Below, in pieces: positions 19,305-29,101 of a DNA stretch of 64,000 nucleotides. The position numbers and the translations under genes were made by a program. Position 1 is the stretch's first letter; every line of letters starts with the position of its first letter. Where the stretch lies: positions 1 to 64,000 of the forward strand of contig JAXHVD010000004.1 of NCBI GenBank assembly GCA_034189385.1, written 5' to 3'. The notes below the pieces were generated by a model that was not told the DNA's origin, ran no database searches, and saw nothing but the letters and a program-made list of their open reading frames with translations. This DNA comes from Thermodesulfobacteriota bacterium. Lineage in GTDB: Bacteria; Desulfobacterota; Desulfobacteria; Desulfobacterales; C00003060.

Positions 19305-19567
19305 GCTTCTCCCGTTCTCTCGATATATTTTGCCAGGACCACCGTACCTATGAAATTCAAGAGGGCATACACCATGCTGATGTCGATAAACATGTCTATC
19401 CTGTCATAGATAACGCCCATGATGAGCAAGATGATCAATGTCTTGGTACCAATGGCAGAGATGCCGGCGGCCCTGTTTAAGACTCCTGGCCCATAGGTGG
19501 CCCGATAAAGACAACACAACACCAAGACGCACATTCCCACACTCAGGATCAAGAAGAAATCGATCAT
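19301..19567 (-). CDS. mrpF: Mrp antiporter subunit F (cluster 1)
   Basis: YRATYGP..DISMVYALLNFIGT. Confidence 0.88.
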   Translation of the reverse strand: MIDFFLILSVGMCVLVLCCLYRATYGPGVLNRAAGISAIGTKTLIILLIMGVIYDRIDMFIDISMVYALLNFIGTVVLAKYIERTGEA

Positions 19568-20028
19568 TTTCCACTCCGATCATCTTCCAGGGATTCACCC
19601 ACGGTGAATATGACAAAAAAGATGGTAAACATAACCGCCATGACGGCCAGGGCCACGCCGATCTCAACGCCCAAGATTCCCAGAGACCTCGCCTGGGCCG
19701 GTGTGACACGAAGGACCTTGCTCAGCTTGCCATAATCGAGATAGTTCCCCCCCAGAATGAGACAAAGGGCCCCGATGCCTGCATAGATAAAAACTCCGAT
19801 ACTGCTGATGACCCCTGCCACCTTTTCAGACATGCGTTTTCTCGTTTCTCCCAGGCCGTAACTGATACCCAGCAACACGAAACCTGCCGCCAAGATGACA
19901 CCCCCTTGAAAGCCTCCCCCCGGGCTGTGATGCCCGTGCATGACCACATAGAGGGCATAAACGATAATAAAGGGCATCAACAATCTGGCCAGTGTCTTCA
20001 CAATGACGTCTTGACTATCCCGTATCAT
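19564..20028 (-). CDS. mrpB: Mrp antiporter subunit B (cluster 1)
   Basis: HGHHSPGGGFQGG..EIGVALAV. Confidence 0.9.
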   Translation of the reverse strand: MIRDSQDVIVKTLARLLMPFIIVYALYVVMHGHHSPGGGFQGGVILAAGFVLLGISYGLGETRKRMSEKVAGVISSIGVFIYAGIGALCLILGGNYLDYGKLSKVLRVTPAQARSLGILGVEIGVALAVMAVMFTIFFVIFTVGESLEDDRSGK

Positions 20029-20070
20029 CCTCCCCCCTTGTTGATAACAACTTACCTGACATGAGACTAT

Positions 20071-20790
20071 TTATGCACGCAGTACGTCATATATGCGAGC
20101 AGCATCCAGCACATCCTGCACGTACAGATGATCCGCCTCCATGAATATGTGAGCCACCCTGTCTTCCATCTCACCTGCGTTCAGATCGTCTGCGACCTTC
20201 TGGTCTAAGGCATGCACGTAGTAGACACCGTCTTTGATATCCATGGTAATGGTTCCAGGCGTAAGCGTAATGGAATTTGCCAGGGTGACGCTGGAGATAT
20301 CAGTCTCCAGTTTTGTCTTGAATGTTACTATCTGAGGGTCTATCGGCATCTTGGGGCGCAGCACCACAGAGGCGACGTGGAGATTTGACAATACGATCTG
20401 TTGGATGAGCCACGGAATGTAGGCAATGAATCTTGCCGCTATCACGCGCATGTCTCCGACTCTCACGTTGGCGAACAACAGATCATGGAACAAGTAGGCG
20501 GCTACGGTACAACAAACAGCCCCAAGGGTGAGGTGAAAGGCGTCAAATTGGCCAGAAAGCAATATCCAGAAGGCAAAAAGGATCAGGGTCGTTCCCACAA
20601 AGTTCTGAAACCGCGTCTTCCTCCTCTGGGCTCCGGCGAAGAGCAACTCCCACCTTTTTTCTTCAAGAAATCTGGTCTGCTCGCCCGTAAACTGCACAGC
20701 CGTATCTAATACACCCAGAGCATGGACCCTGGCCTTTTCCATGATCCTGAAAGCGTTCTCTGTCGCTTCCAGCAATAGGGTCACCTCCAT
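20071..20790 (-). CDS. mrpE: Mrp antiporter subunit E with N- and C-terminal extensions (cluster 1)
   Basis: FWILLSG..LANSITLTPGTIT..VHALD. Confidence 0.88.
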   Translation of the reverse strand: MEVTLLLEATENAFRIMEKARVHALGVLDTAVQFTGEQTRFLEEKRWELLFAGAQRRKTRFQNFVGTTLILFAFWILLSGQFDAFHLTLGAVCCTVAAYLFHDLLFANVRVGDMRVIAARFIAYIPWLIQQIVLSNLHVASVVLRPKMPIDPQIVTFKTKLETDISSVTLANSITLTPGTITMDIKDGVYYVHALDQKVADDLNAGEMEDRVAHIFMEADHLYVQDVLDAARIYDVLRA

Positions 20791-20823
20791 TTTCGTCCTC
20801 CTTTGTGAAATGCCTCCCGGCGA

Positions 20824-21585
20824 TCAAGGAATGACCAGCGTGGGCACCACCGATGCCTCTGCCACCCGATAGGAATAGCTTTTAGATAGAAGCTCTTTCA
20901 GGAAAGACTTGCCAGTGGTCCCCATAACGATACAAGTGCCGCCATAATCCTGGGCCGCCAGCATGATCTCAGCGGCCGGCTCACCTGCATAGACATGGCC
21001 TTCGGCGTCTATGCCCTGATCCAAAAAGATCTTCCGTGTTTGAGAAAGCTTCTCTTTCAGATTTCCCATGTCTCTTACAGATAGTTTAGTGTCTAGAACA
21101 TAGACAATTTCAAGCTCCTTGATAAGTTCTTTAAAGTGCAGCAGATAACTGCGAGCCTTTTCAGAGGCAGCAGACCAGTCATCAGCAAACATGACATGTG
21201 AGAATATGCCTTCTTGTGCGGCCCCTGATGCTTGTGCATTTTCGGGTAAGATCATTACAGGGACAGGGGATGATCTGAGCAAATCTTTTATCAGAGCGCT
21301 ACGGACCCGGCCGCCTGCGTCCCCCTTGAGGCTGGCTGCGATCAGCGAGACTTTTTCCCGGTGAGCTACGTCCAAGATGCTATCGGCCATCTTCCCTTCC
21401 ATCACAAAGGTGCTGGCGCTTATGCCATGTTCAGCCATCCTTGTTTCCCAGTCTTCCACTTTGGTTGCATGCAAAAAGATGACTTCCTCAAGTCCAAGTG
21501 TGCGGAGCTCCATAAGGCGTTGCACCCTTGCAAACTGTGGCTCTCTCACACCTGTGGCATAGAGTAGTTTTTTTATCTGCATCAT
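20824..21585 (-). CDS. Tandem-domain universal stress protein
   Basis: Two USP-like halves ending SSPVPVMIL and IVMGTTGKS..ASVVPTLVIP. Confidence 0.8.
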   Translation of the reverse strand: MMQIKKLLYATGVREPQFARVQRLMELRTLGLEEVIFLHATKVEDWETRMAEHGISASTFVMEGKMADSILDVAHREKVSLIAASLKGDAGGRVRSALIKDLLRSSPVPVMILPENAQASGAAQEGIFSHVMFADDWSAASEKARSYLLHFKELIKELEIVYVLDTKLSVRDMGNLKEKLSQTRKIFLDQGIDAEGHVYAGEPAAEIMLAAQDYGGTCIVMGTTGKSFLKELLSKSYSYRVAEASVVPTLVIP

Positions 21586-22019
21586 TGCCCTACTTCGTCC
21601 CTGTCGTCAGATTTATCAGATGAGCCCGGGCTCAATATCTGTTTCACCGTGGCTGCCAGCCGCTCAGGTGTCACAGGTTTTTCCAGATAGCCATCTGGAT
21701 CCGGGACACTCCCACCCCTGCATTCCGTCTGGGCGGCCTGTGCGCGCAATGCGGTTCTCTTAGCCACTCCCGAATATATGATCACTGGAATGTCTTTCAA
21801 AGACTCAGAGGTCTTAAGCTTACGATAAAGCCTAATCCCGCTCTCTTTTGGCATCAGAATATCCAGAATAATTAAATCCGGTTTCTGTTGCCTGATAATA
21901 TCCAAAGCTTCCTCACCGTTTGTTGCCTGGATAGGCGTATATCCATTCTCTTCCAGCACAGTGGAAACAAATTCCCTCACATGGTCTTCGTCATCCACGC
22001 TGAGTACGGTCTTTAACAT
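21582..22019 (-). CDS. Single-domain response regulator
   Basis: VLSVDDE..ILDILMPKESG..YLEKP. Confidence 0.88.
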   Translation of the reverse strand: MLKTVLSVDDEDHVREFVSTVLEENGYTPIQATNGEEALDIIRQQKPDLIILDILMPKESGIRLYRKLKTSESLKDIPVIIYSGVAKRTALRAQAAQTECRGGSVPDPDGYLEKPVTPERLAATVKQILSPGSSDKSDDRDEVGQ

Positions 22020-22096
22020 CTAGATATCCTCCAAATAGCTCTTTGTACTGATAGGACCTTCGGTCTTCAATAATAACTAGGGGGGAAACCCCCACC

Positions 22097-23866
22097 TCAG
22101 CCCAAAAAGGCAAACACCACAAAGAGTAAAAACATAAAAACCAGACTCACAAATACCGGCACCCCCATAGCCATGAGACTGGTTGCCTCTGGGCTTGTCT
22201 CCTGTTCAAATTCCTCTATGGCAACACGATCCTTACCTATAGTCTTCATATAAAGGGATACCAAAGAGGTTAGTGGCCTCCTGCTAAAGCGCCCCACCCA
22301 TACCGGAATCCCCTGAGCAATGGCACGGTCAGCAAGTGCGTTAACGCCATTTAACACCTTGTCCACAACATAGTAAAAGTGACGTGCCCCCTTACGGTAA
22401 AACCAATCAGTGTCAAGATTGATGGCCCTCACTTGTGCCGGATAGTAGCCGGTCCGTATAAGTAGAAGAAAAGCTAGGCCGCCGAACATGAGCAACTGCA
22501 ATTCGTTCACGACGTGTGGGACAGTGTATGGGACAAAATCTACCGGGTAAGGAAGAATATCATAGAGGGCTCCTGGGAATAAGCCAGTAACAATGCATAA
22601 AAAGGCAGCACCCCCCATGGCAAAAAGCATATTCAGGGGGGGGTCTTTTGCCCTTATGCCGGAGTCCTTTCCAAAAAAGGTTAAGAAAGGAACCTTGATA
22701 CCAGCATGAAGAAAGACACCGGCTGAGGCAAATTGTAAAATGAGCCATATGACAGACAGTTTTTCATGGGCCGCGGCACTGACAATCATGGACTTGCTAA
22801 TGAAATCATTAAAGAGCGGAAAGCCGGAGATCGATGCCGCGCCTATCATGCAAAACAGGCATGTCAAAGGCATGGTTTTGTATAGACCGCCCAAGTCTGT
22901 ACATCTAATCTTCCCGGTCATGTGAAGCACAGATCCTGCAGCCATGAACAGGAGGCCCACATACAGGATATCGCAGAAGGCATGGGAGACAGCACCATTT
23001 ATGGCCAGTTGCGTCCCGATACCGATTCCCACCATCATGAATCCGACCTGATTGATGATGATGTAAGCAAGTACGCGCCTCACATCATTTTCAAGCATCC
23101 CGTATAAGAGAGGAACGACAGTCATAATGGCTCCGAGCCATATTAGAAGCTCCGTCCCCGGAAAGGTTCTTGCCATAAGATATACTGCGCTCTTGGTGGT
23201 AAGGGCACACATGAATACCGCACCTGTAACGGTTGCTTCAGGATAGGCGTCCTGAAGCCAAGCATGGAGAGGGGGGATTGCAGCGTTTAGGGCAATACCA
23301 ATGAATATAAGCCAGGAAGCTGTGCCACCCAATCCTATGTAGCTAAACTCTGTGGTACCTGAATCGTGGATATAGACTATGATGCCTGCCAGAAGACACA
23401 GACCTCCGAAGACATGGACCAGGATATACCTGAAGGCTGCAAGCTGTGATGCCGTTGTCCTGCGCGCCAGGATCAGGAACGTAGAGCTGATCGCCAGTAA
23501 TTCCCAAAATATGTAGAGAGAGAAAAAATCACCAGAAAAAGTAACACCCAAGGCGGCTCCAGCATACATCAGGGCTGAAACGTGCTGCAAATCGTCTCTT
23601 ACTTTCAAGGCAAAAAGAAGCCCTAAGAAGGATATGAACGTAAATATATATCCAAAGACCATGCTGAGACTGTCTACCCTGCCGAAGATAAGATCGTAAT
23701 CCAGAATCCTCACTATCCAGTACTTTCCTTCCGGCATCTTGACAAGGGTAGCAAAGGCAAGCAGGGGCAGGACCAACATGTATGCGGATTTGACCCTTCC
23801 CCTGATCAAGGGGACAAAAATGGCACCCACGATAAATATCGCTGCTGGGGGAATCACGTTAATCAT
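22097..23866 (-). CDS. MrpA'/D-like antiporter subunit (cluster 1)
   Basis: FWELLAISS, PPLHAWLQDAYPEAT, NLDTDWFYRK; start MINVIPP at 23866. Confidence 0.88.
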   Translation of the reverse strand: MINVIPPAAIFIVGAIFVPLIRGRVKSAYMLVLPLLAFATLVKMPEGKYWIVRILDYDLIFGRVDSLSMVFGYIFTFISFLGLLFALKVRDDLQHVSALMYAGAALGVTFSGDFFSLYIFWELLAISSTFLILARRTTASQLAAFRYILVHVFGGLCLLAGIIVYIHDSGTTEFSYIGLGGTASWLIFIGIALNAAIPPLHAWLQDAYPEATVTGAVFMCALTTKSAVYLMARTFPGTELLIWLGAIMTVVPLLYGMLENDVRRVLAYIIINQVGFMMVGIGIGTQLAINGAVSHAFCDILYVGLLFMAAGSVLHMTGKIRCTDLGGLYKTMPLTCLFCMIGAASISGFPLFNDFISKSMIVSAAAHEKLSVIWLILQFASAGVFLHAGIKVPFLTFFGKDSGIRAKDPPLNMLFAMGGAAFLCIVTGLFPGALYDILPYPVDFVPYTVPHVVNELQLLMFGGLAFLLLIRTGYYPAQVRAINLDTDWFYRKGARHFYYVVDKVLNGVNALADRAIAQGIPVWVGRFSRRPLTSLVSLYMKTIGKDRVAIEEFEQETSPEATSLMAMGVPVFVSLVFMFLLFVVFAFLG

Positions 23867-24101
23867 AATAGTCCTCATCCCTTTTAATAAATATACGCCA
23901 CGCCTTTGCTATGAAAACGAGCACTACACAGGAGCCAAATCCATAGGCTGCGAAAAAACCCGGAGCATCCTCCCATGGAAAGTCAGCATGCTTGTGGACA
24001 AAGAAGTCAACGATGAGGAGCACTATCAAAAATGCAGAAAAGAAACCCAGCAACCTTTTTACATTTTCTGGCTTGTCAAAAAGTTTCAGCTCTCTTTTCA
24101 T
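23859..24101 (-). CDS. Small membrane protein of Mrp cluster 1
   Basis: LFDKPENV..FPWE..GFFAAYGF..REDYYD-type end; paralog of 40070-40330. Confidence 0.8.
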   Translation of the reverse strand: MKRELKLFDKPENVKRLLGFFSAFLIVLLIVDFFVHKHADFPWEDAPGFFAAYGFGSCVVLVFIAKAWRIFIKRDEDYYD

Positions 24102-24154
24102 CTAAACCCGTCCCCTCTATTTGGTTACAAGGAAGGTTTAAGAAAAACGATGGC

Positions 24155-25636
24155 CTAGCCTCCTACTATGCTTTGCACTGCCATACCGGCCAGTCTAAAA
24201 AAGGGTTGGGGATAAAAAAACAGAAAGATAGAACCTGCTGCTGTCACCACCAGCGGGGCCACGCACCATATGGGGGCCTCTTCTACCTTGTCAGTAAACA
24301 TAGACTCTTCCTCCCGGCAGAAAAAAGCCCTATAAACAACGGGCAAAAAGTATGCAGCATTGAGCAATGAACTTGAAAGAAGCACGACTAGCATGGGCCA
24401 TTGGTCCGCCTGGAGCGTCCCCAAAACAAGATACCATTTACTCAAAAAACCACCGCATGGGGGAAGCCCGATCACACTCAAGGAACCGATAAAGAAAGCG
24501 ATCATTGTAACCGGCATTCTCTTGCCTATACCGACCATCTCGCTGATCTTCTTCTTCCCCGTGGCCACGAAGATCGCCCCTGCGCAAAAAAAGAGGGTGA
24601 TTTTCCCGAAAGCATGCATGGCGATGTGGGTCATGCCCCCTATCATCCCCTTAGGAGAAAGGAGTGCAACCCCGAGCACTATGTAAGAGAGTTGGCCGAT
24701 CGTTGAAAAGGCAAGACGCCGCTTCAGGCCGTCCTGGGAAAGGGCAATGAGTGAAGCGACTATTGTGGTAAAGGCGGCAACATAGCAAACCAAGGTGCCC
24801 AGATGAAGAGAAGCCAACAGGTCTGTTCCAAAGACGCCCGTCATGACACGAAGGACGCTAAAGGCGCCGACCTTGACAACAGCCACTGCATGCAACAAGG
24901 CGCTTACCGGTGTGGGTGCCACCATGGCCGCAGGAAGCCATGAATGAAAAGGCATAATCGCTACCTTGGCAAACCCGAACACAAACATAAGGAGAAGCGC
25001 CAACATCAAGTCCTTAGAACCGGTTCCTGCTAAGAAACCCTGCTTTCCAAACTCAAGGGTTCCGGCCAGATTGTAAGAGATAAGCATGGCTGGCAACACA
25101 AGTCCGATAGAGCCGCCCACGATGTAAAGGAGGTATTTTCGCCCTGAACTATGAGCCTCAAGGTCCTGGTGGTGTGTAACCAAAGGGTAGGTCGCGAATG
25201 ATAGCATTTCATAAAAGAGGTAAAGCGTTAGAAGGTTGGCCGAAAAGGCCACCCCAATGGTCGCTGACAGGGCCAGGGCAAAGAAACAGAAATACCGGGT
25301 TTGGCTATGCTCGTCCAAACCTCGCATATAACCGATAGAGTAAGCAGATGTAACGATCCAGAGTGAAGAGGACACAAGGGCAAAGAGAAGTCCGAGGCTG
25401 TCGACTCTGAATGCAATTCCCGCACCAGGGATGACATCTATGAAGTTGTAAACGATCTCGTGCCCCCCTGAGACCACGGGAATCATGGAAGCAACAATGC
25501 CAAATTTTACGATAGCGGCCAAGAAGGTCCAGCCTTCCCTCAAGTTTGGCCTCTTGCCGAAGACAATGATAAGGAAGGTGGCAACAAGAGAGACAGAAAC
25601 GGCTAATACTGGTTTAATAGACGTGATCGCTTCCAT
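24155..25636 (-). CDS. MrpD-family antiporter subunit (cluster 1)
   Basis: YSIGYMRGL, MPFHSWLPAAMVAPTPVSALLHAVAVVK, HAFGKITLFF. Confidence 0.9.
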   Translation of the reverse strand: MEAITSIKPVLAVSVSLVATFLIIVFGKRPNLREGWTFLAAIVKFGIVASMIPVVSGGHEIVYNFIDVIPGAGIAFRVDSLGLLFALVSSSLWIVTSAYSIGYMRGLDEHSQTRYFCFFALALSATIGVAFSANLLTLYLFYEMLSFATYPLVTHHQDLEAHSSGRKYLLYIVGGSIGLVLPAMLISYNLAGTLEFGKQGFLAGTGSKDLMLALLLMFVFGFAKVAIMPFHSWLPAAMVAPTPVSALLHAVAVVKVGAFSVLRVMTGVFGTDLLASLHLGTLVCYVAAFTTIVASLIALSQDGLKRRLAFSTIGQLSYIVLGVALLSPKGMIGGMTHIAMHAFGKITLFFCAGAIFVATGKKKISEMVGIGKRMPVTMIAFFIGSLSVIGLPPCGGFLSKWYLVLGTLQADQWPMLVVLLSSSLLNAAYFLPVVYRAFFCREEESMFTDKVEEAPIWCVAPLVVTAAGSIFLFFYPQPFFRLAGMAVQSIVGG

Positions 25637-25645
25637 ATTTTTGAC

Positions 25646-26008
25646 TCATATTCCCAGGGCTGATTCCACCATTTGTCTTACTTCTTGTTCACTCACGGGT
25701 CTATGGAGGCACCCAAATGCTCCCAGCCCCATGGCCTCTCTCACTTCTTCTTTCTTGTTGGTACGGGGCAGATACACTACTGGCCAGGCGGGGGCCTCGT
25801 TCAAAACCGTTTGCAAATCCATTAGACGTGGCAGGGAACAAATAGACGCGTCGATAAGGACCACACCCTGATCGTTGCCGCCAAAATTCTCGACAAAACC
25901 CGCACAGTTTTCGTAAAGGATAAGCTCGTAACCGAAATGGCTTGAGATCCTTTTCATTACTTTCTCAAGCCCCCGGTCCTGGGTGATGAGAACGAGACTG
26001 CAATCCAT
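25646..26008 (-). CDS. Degenerate receiver-like protein
   Basis: VVLIDAS..VVYL..GAFGCLHRPV pattern; lacks the acidic DD pair and the conserved Lys; GGAGG RBS before ATG 26008. Confidence 0.6.
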   Translation of the reverse strand: MDCSLVLITQDRGLEKVMKRISSHFGYELILYENCAGFVENFGGNDQGVVLIDASICSLPRLMDLQTVLNEAPAWPVVYLPRTNKKEEVREAMGLGAFGCLHRPVSEQEVRQMVESALGI

Positions 26009-26058
26009 GTGTTTTCCTTCCTCCCATAACAACATCTCAATATCTGGTCACACCTTCA

Positions 26059-26074
26059 TCAAGTTATGTGCCAA
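26059..26074 (-). promoter_or_regulatory. Variant sigma-54 promoter (GG-N10-GA) for Mrp cluster 1
   Basis: TTGGCACATAACTTGA; similar upstream motif and spacing to 31346. Confidence 0.5.
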
Positions 26075-26315
26075 AACCCAGGAGCTGTCTTAGGGCCCAA
26101 ACAACTTTACACAATCTATTGAAGTCATTTAGAATTATTTGATTTTTGGGGCGTGGGTCAAAAAGGAAAGATTGGCCGAGACAGGCACAGAGTGTTCAAT
26201 ATCCGGCGGGCAAGAACTTCAACACACCTTTACACGTGTCCATTCAATAAGTTAACGACTATGCAAAATACAACACAAACCGTGATACCGCACACTCCTC
26301 GCCCACGGCTGAGCT

Positions 26316-28577
26316 TCACGGTCGAATATCGTACTTCTTAAGCTTGCTGTAGAGGGTGCCTCGGCTTATGTCCAATAGGCGAGCAGCTTCATTCTTATTC
26401 CAATTGCACTCTCCCATGACAGTGGCAATTAGGGCCTTTTCATTTTTCCACAGAGAGAATTCCTTTGAAGTGCCCGCCTCGCTGCGAATCTTGTCAGGAA
26501 GCGTCTCCACGCCAATGTGGCGCCCAGGGGTTAGAACCACACATCTTGCTACCGTGTTCTCAAGTTCCCTCACGTTACCCGGCCAATCATAGTCCATCAT
26601 GAGTTTCATGGCCTGGGTATCAAACCCCGTGATTTCTTTTTTCTCGATCAGACCATACGTTCTCAGGAAATGATTGGCCAGTAGCGGCACATCCGTGATA
26701 CGCTCTCGTAAAGGAGGCAGGACTGTCGATATAACATTCAGACGGTAATAGAAATCTTCCCGTATGCGCCCGGCTTTCATCTCCTCTTCAATGTCCTTAT
26801 TCGTAGCGGCAATGACCCTGACATCGACCTCAACGAGACGTTCTCCTCCCACACGCTCGAAACTCCTTTCCTGCAAAAATCGCAGCAAAAGGACTTGCGT
26901 TTCCAGCGGCAAATCAGCCACTTCGTCCAAAAAAAGAATGCCCCCCTGGGCCCGTTCCAAACGTCCCCGCCTGCGGGTGAGAGCCCCGGTAAAGGCCCCT
27001 TTTTCATGGCCAAAGATTTCCGAGTGGACCAGGGTCGGGACAAAGGAGGAGCAATGCGCTACAATGAACGGCGTCTCTTTGTATCTACCTGACCTGTGGA
27101 TGGCGTGTGCCACAAGCTCTTTGCCCGTGCCGCTCTCTCCCATGATCAGGACCGTACTTCTTGAGTCGGCCACAGACTGGATGAGTCGGTAAATTGCCTG
27201 CATAGGCCGGCTTCGGCCAACAATCCCCATGAACTTATCGGGGCCAGTCAGCTGCTTTCTGAATGCCTCTTCCCTGACCTCTTTGGAAATCTGGTAACGG
27301 ATCACGCCGGAAATCTGCCTGATAAGGGTTTCAACAAAGATCAAATCGTCTTCCACTTCCATATCCAAAGAAGGTGACGCAAGCATGAAAAGGCCAAAGC
27401 ATTGGGCCTCCAGTTCGACGGGTGCAGCCATCCAAGTACGAAAGCCTGCTGCCAGTTCCTGGATCACTGCTGGGCAATCGTCCTTTTCCCTTCCTGAGCA
27501 GGTTGGCCTCATCCTTTCTCTGGTCAGAAGCCGTATCAGGGCCTCTTCCGACTCTAGGCGCCTCAATTTCCTCTCGGCTCGATCAAAGCAGGTTTCTCTG
27601 CTTTCCTCTTTCTCCACCCGAGGGAAATAGAAACTAGCTCGGTCTGGGCTTAGCAGGAAAACCCAGACATCAAAGCCAGGGTAAAACCCTTTCATGATGT
27701 CTTCTAGCACACGGCCCATACCGTTCAGATTGTATTCCCCGGTGACTCTCAACAGAACGCGGTTAATGGCTTCAAGTTCGTCATGCCTTCTTTTGAGTTC
27801 CCTCTCGCTCTGCCGCAGGGCTTCCTGCGCCAGCTTGCGCTTCGTAATGTCCTTAATGTGTTCAATGGTCCCTACCACGCGGCCAGTGGGATTCTTGAGA
27901 GGAAATGCGGAAACATCGATCCACCTTGTGGGATTCTCTGCTGAGGGGTAGGGAACCATCTCGCTGTGTGCCTCGCCTGTGGCAAGGGTACGGCGTGCTG
28001 GGCAATCAGGGCATGGTGACTCCCTTTTCTGGTAAGCCCTATAGCATTTCTTGCCAACGAGGGGCATCTGGGGTGCATACATCTTTTCCATCCAAGGGTT
28101 CGCCCGCACAATATTAAACTCGCAATCCAAAATGGTCATCCCATCCTGTATGGCCTCAAAAACGTCCTGGAGGAAGCGCCTGTCCTCTCGCAACGCCTTT
28201 TCAGCCCTCTCGCGCTCGGCAGTCCTTTCTTCTTCAGCATGGAAGACATCCCAGAAAAGGCGGGCAGTGACATGGTCCATGACTCGGACATGGTCTGGCT
28301 TGGTTTGAGAGATCTCGTTGGCGACCTCATCGCGACCCGTCATGTTGATGATCATATCCAGGTTTTTTAGTTTGTACAGATCCCGGTAGTCTTGTGTGGT
28401 ATAAATACCCTGTTCCTGGGCGTAACGTCGAGCCACAGTGTCCGAACTGACATCGGCTACCCCTATGAGATTCATTCGAAGCTTTTTGAATTTTGCGGCA
28501 AGGATTAGACCCATGATCCCCTTGCAACCTGACCCGCCACCCACAATGGCTACATTGAGGGCCCTATCCTCCTTCAT
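26316..28577 (-). CDS. Sigma-54-dependent activator: Rossmann-like N-domain, Cys-PAS, GAF-like, AAA+, HTH
   Basis: VAIVGGGSG; KCY..PCPDCP; GESGTGKE; GHEKGAFTGA; LDISRGTLYSKL. Confidence 0.92.
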   Translation of the reverse strand: MKEDRALNVAIVGGGSGCKGIMGLILAAKFKKLRMNLIGVADVSSDTVARRYAQEQGIYTTQDYRDLYKLKNLDMIINMTGRDEVANEISQTKPDHVRVMDHVTARLFWDVFHAEEERTAERERAEKALREDRRFLQDVFEAIQDGMTILDCEFNIVRANPWMEKMYAPQMPLVGKKCYRAYQKRESPCPDCPARRTLATGEAHSEMVPYPSAENPTRWIDVSAFPLKNPTGRVVGTIEHIKDITKRKLAQEALRQSERELKRRHDELEAINRVLLRVTGEYNLNGMGRVLEDIMKGFYPGFDVWVFLLSPDRASFYFPRVEKEESRETCFDRAERKLRRLESEEALIRLLTRERMRPTCSGREKDDCPAVIQELAAGFRTWMAAPVELEAQCFGLFMLASPSLDMEVEDDLIFVETLIRQISGVIRYQISKEVREEAFRKQLTGPDKFMGIVGRSRPMQAIYRLIQSVADSRSTVLIMGESGTGKELVAHAIHRSGRYKETPFIVAHCSSFVPTLVHSEIFGHEKGAFTGALTRRRGRLERAQGGILFLDEVADLPLETQVLLLRFLQERSFERVGGERLVEVDVRVIAATNKDIEEEMKAGRIREDFYYRLNVISTVLPPLRERITDVPLLANHFLRTYGLIEKKEITGFDTQAMKLMMDYDWPGNVRELENTVARCVVLTPGRHIGVETLPDKIRSEAGTSKEFSLWKNEKALIATVMGECNWNKNEAARLLDISRGTLYSKLKKYDIRP

Positions 28578-29101
28578 TGTTCACTCCTCAATCAATCAAA
28601 CATACACAAGACCGCAGCACTTGTAAGCTATGAGGCAAGGGGTCGGTGAGGCGAGAAAGAGGCCTCTAGGATCACTCGAAAATCCCTGGTCCTATGTTCG
28701 GTTGTGAAATGACATAACACGGGACAACGCCATTTCAAAGCCCAAATGGGCGTAGGAAAAACCCTTGTTAAGGTGCCAAACCGAACCGATTTGCACAGAA
28801 AACCTTCAAGTTTTTGGGAAGATGACAAAGGCGTCAGAACAAAGGCAAGAAATACAGTTTGGAAGAAGAATAGGCCCGAGGCTGAAATAGAAGGTATCAA
28901 CCCTCCCCTGAACCGGGATCCACAGGCCAACGATTCAAAAAAAGGGATAAGACGATGGAGAAATGATCTATGCCTTGATTGCCTGGCACCCGCCACTTGT
29001 CCGAACAGAGTGGCCTAGGGCTTCGCTCATTGCCTGAATCCCTTTGCTGCACACTGCTTGGCTTTGGCAATCATGCCATGATCCAATATCCCAGGATGCT
29101 C

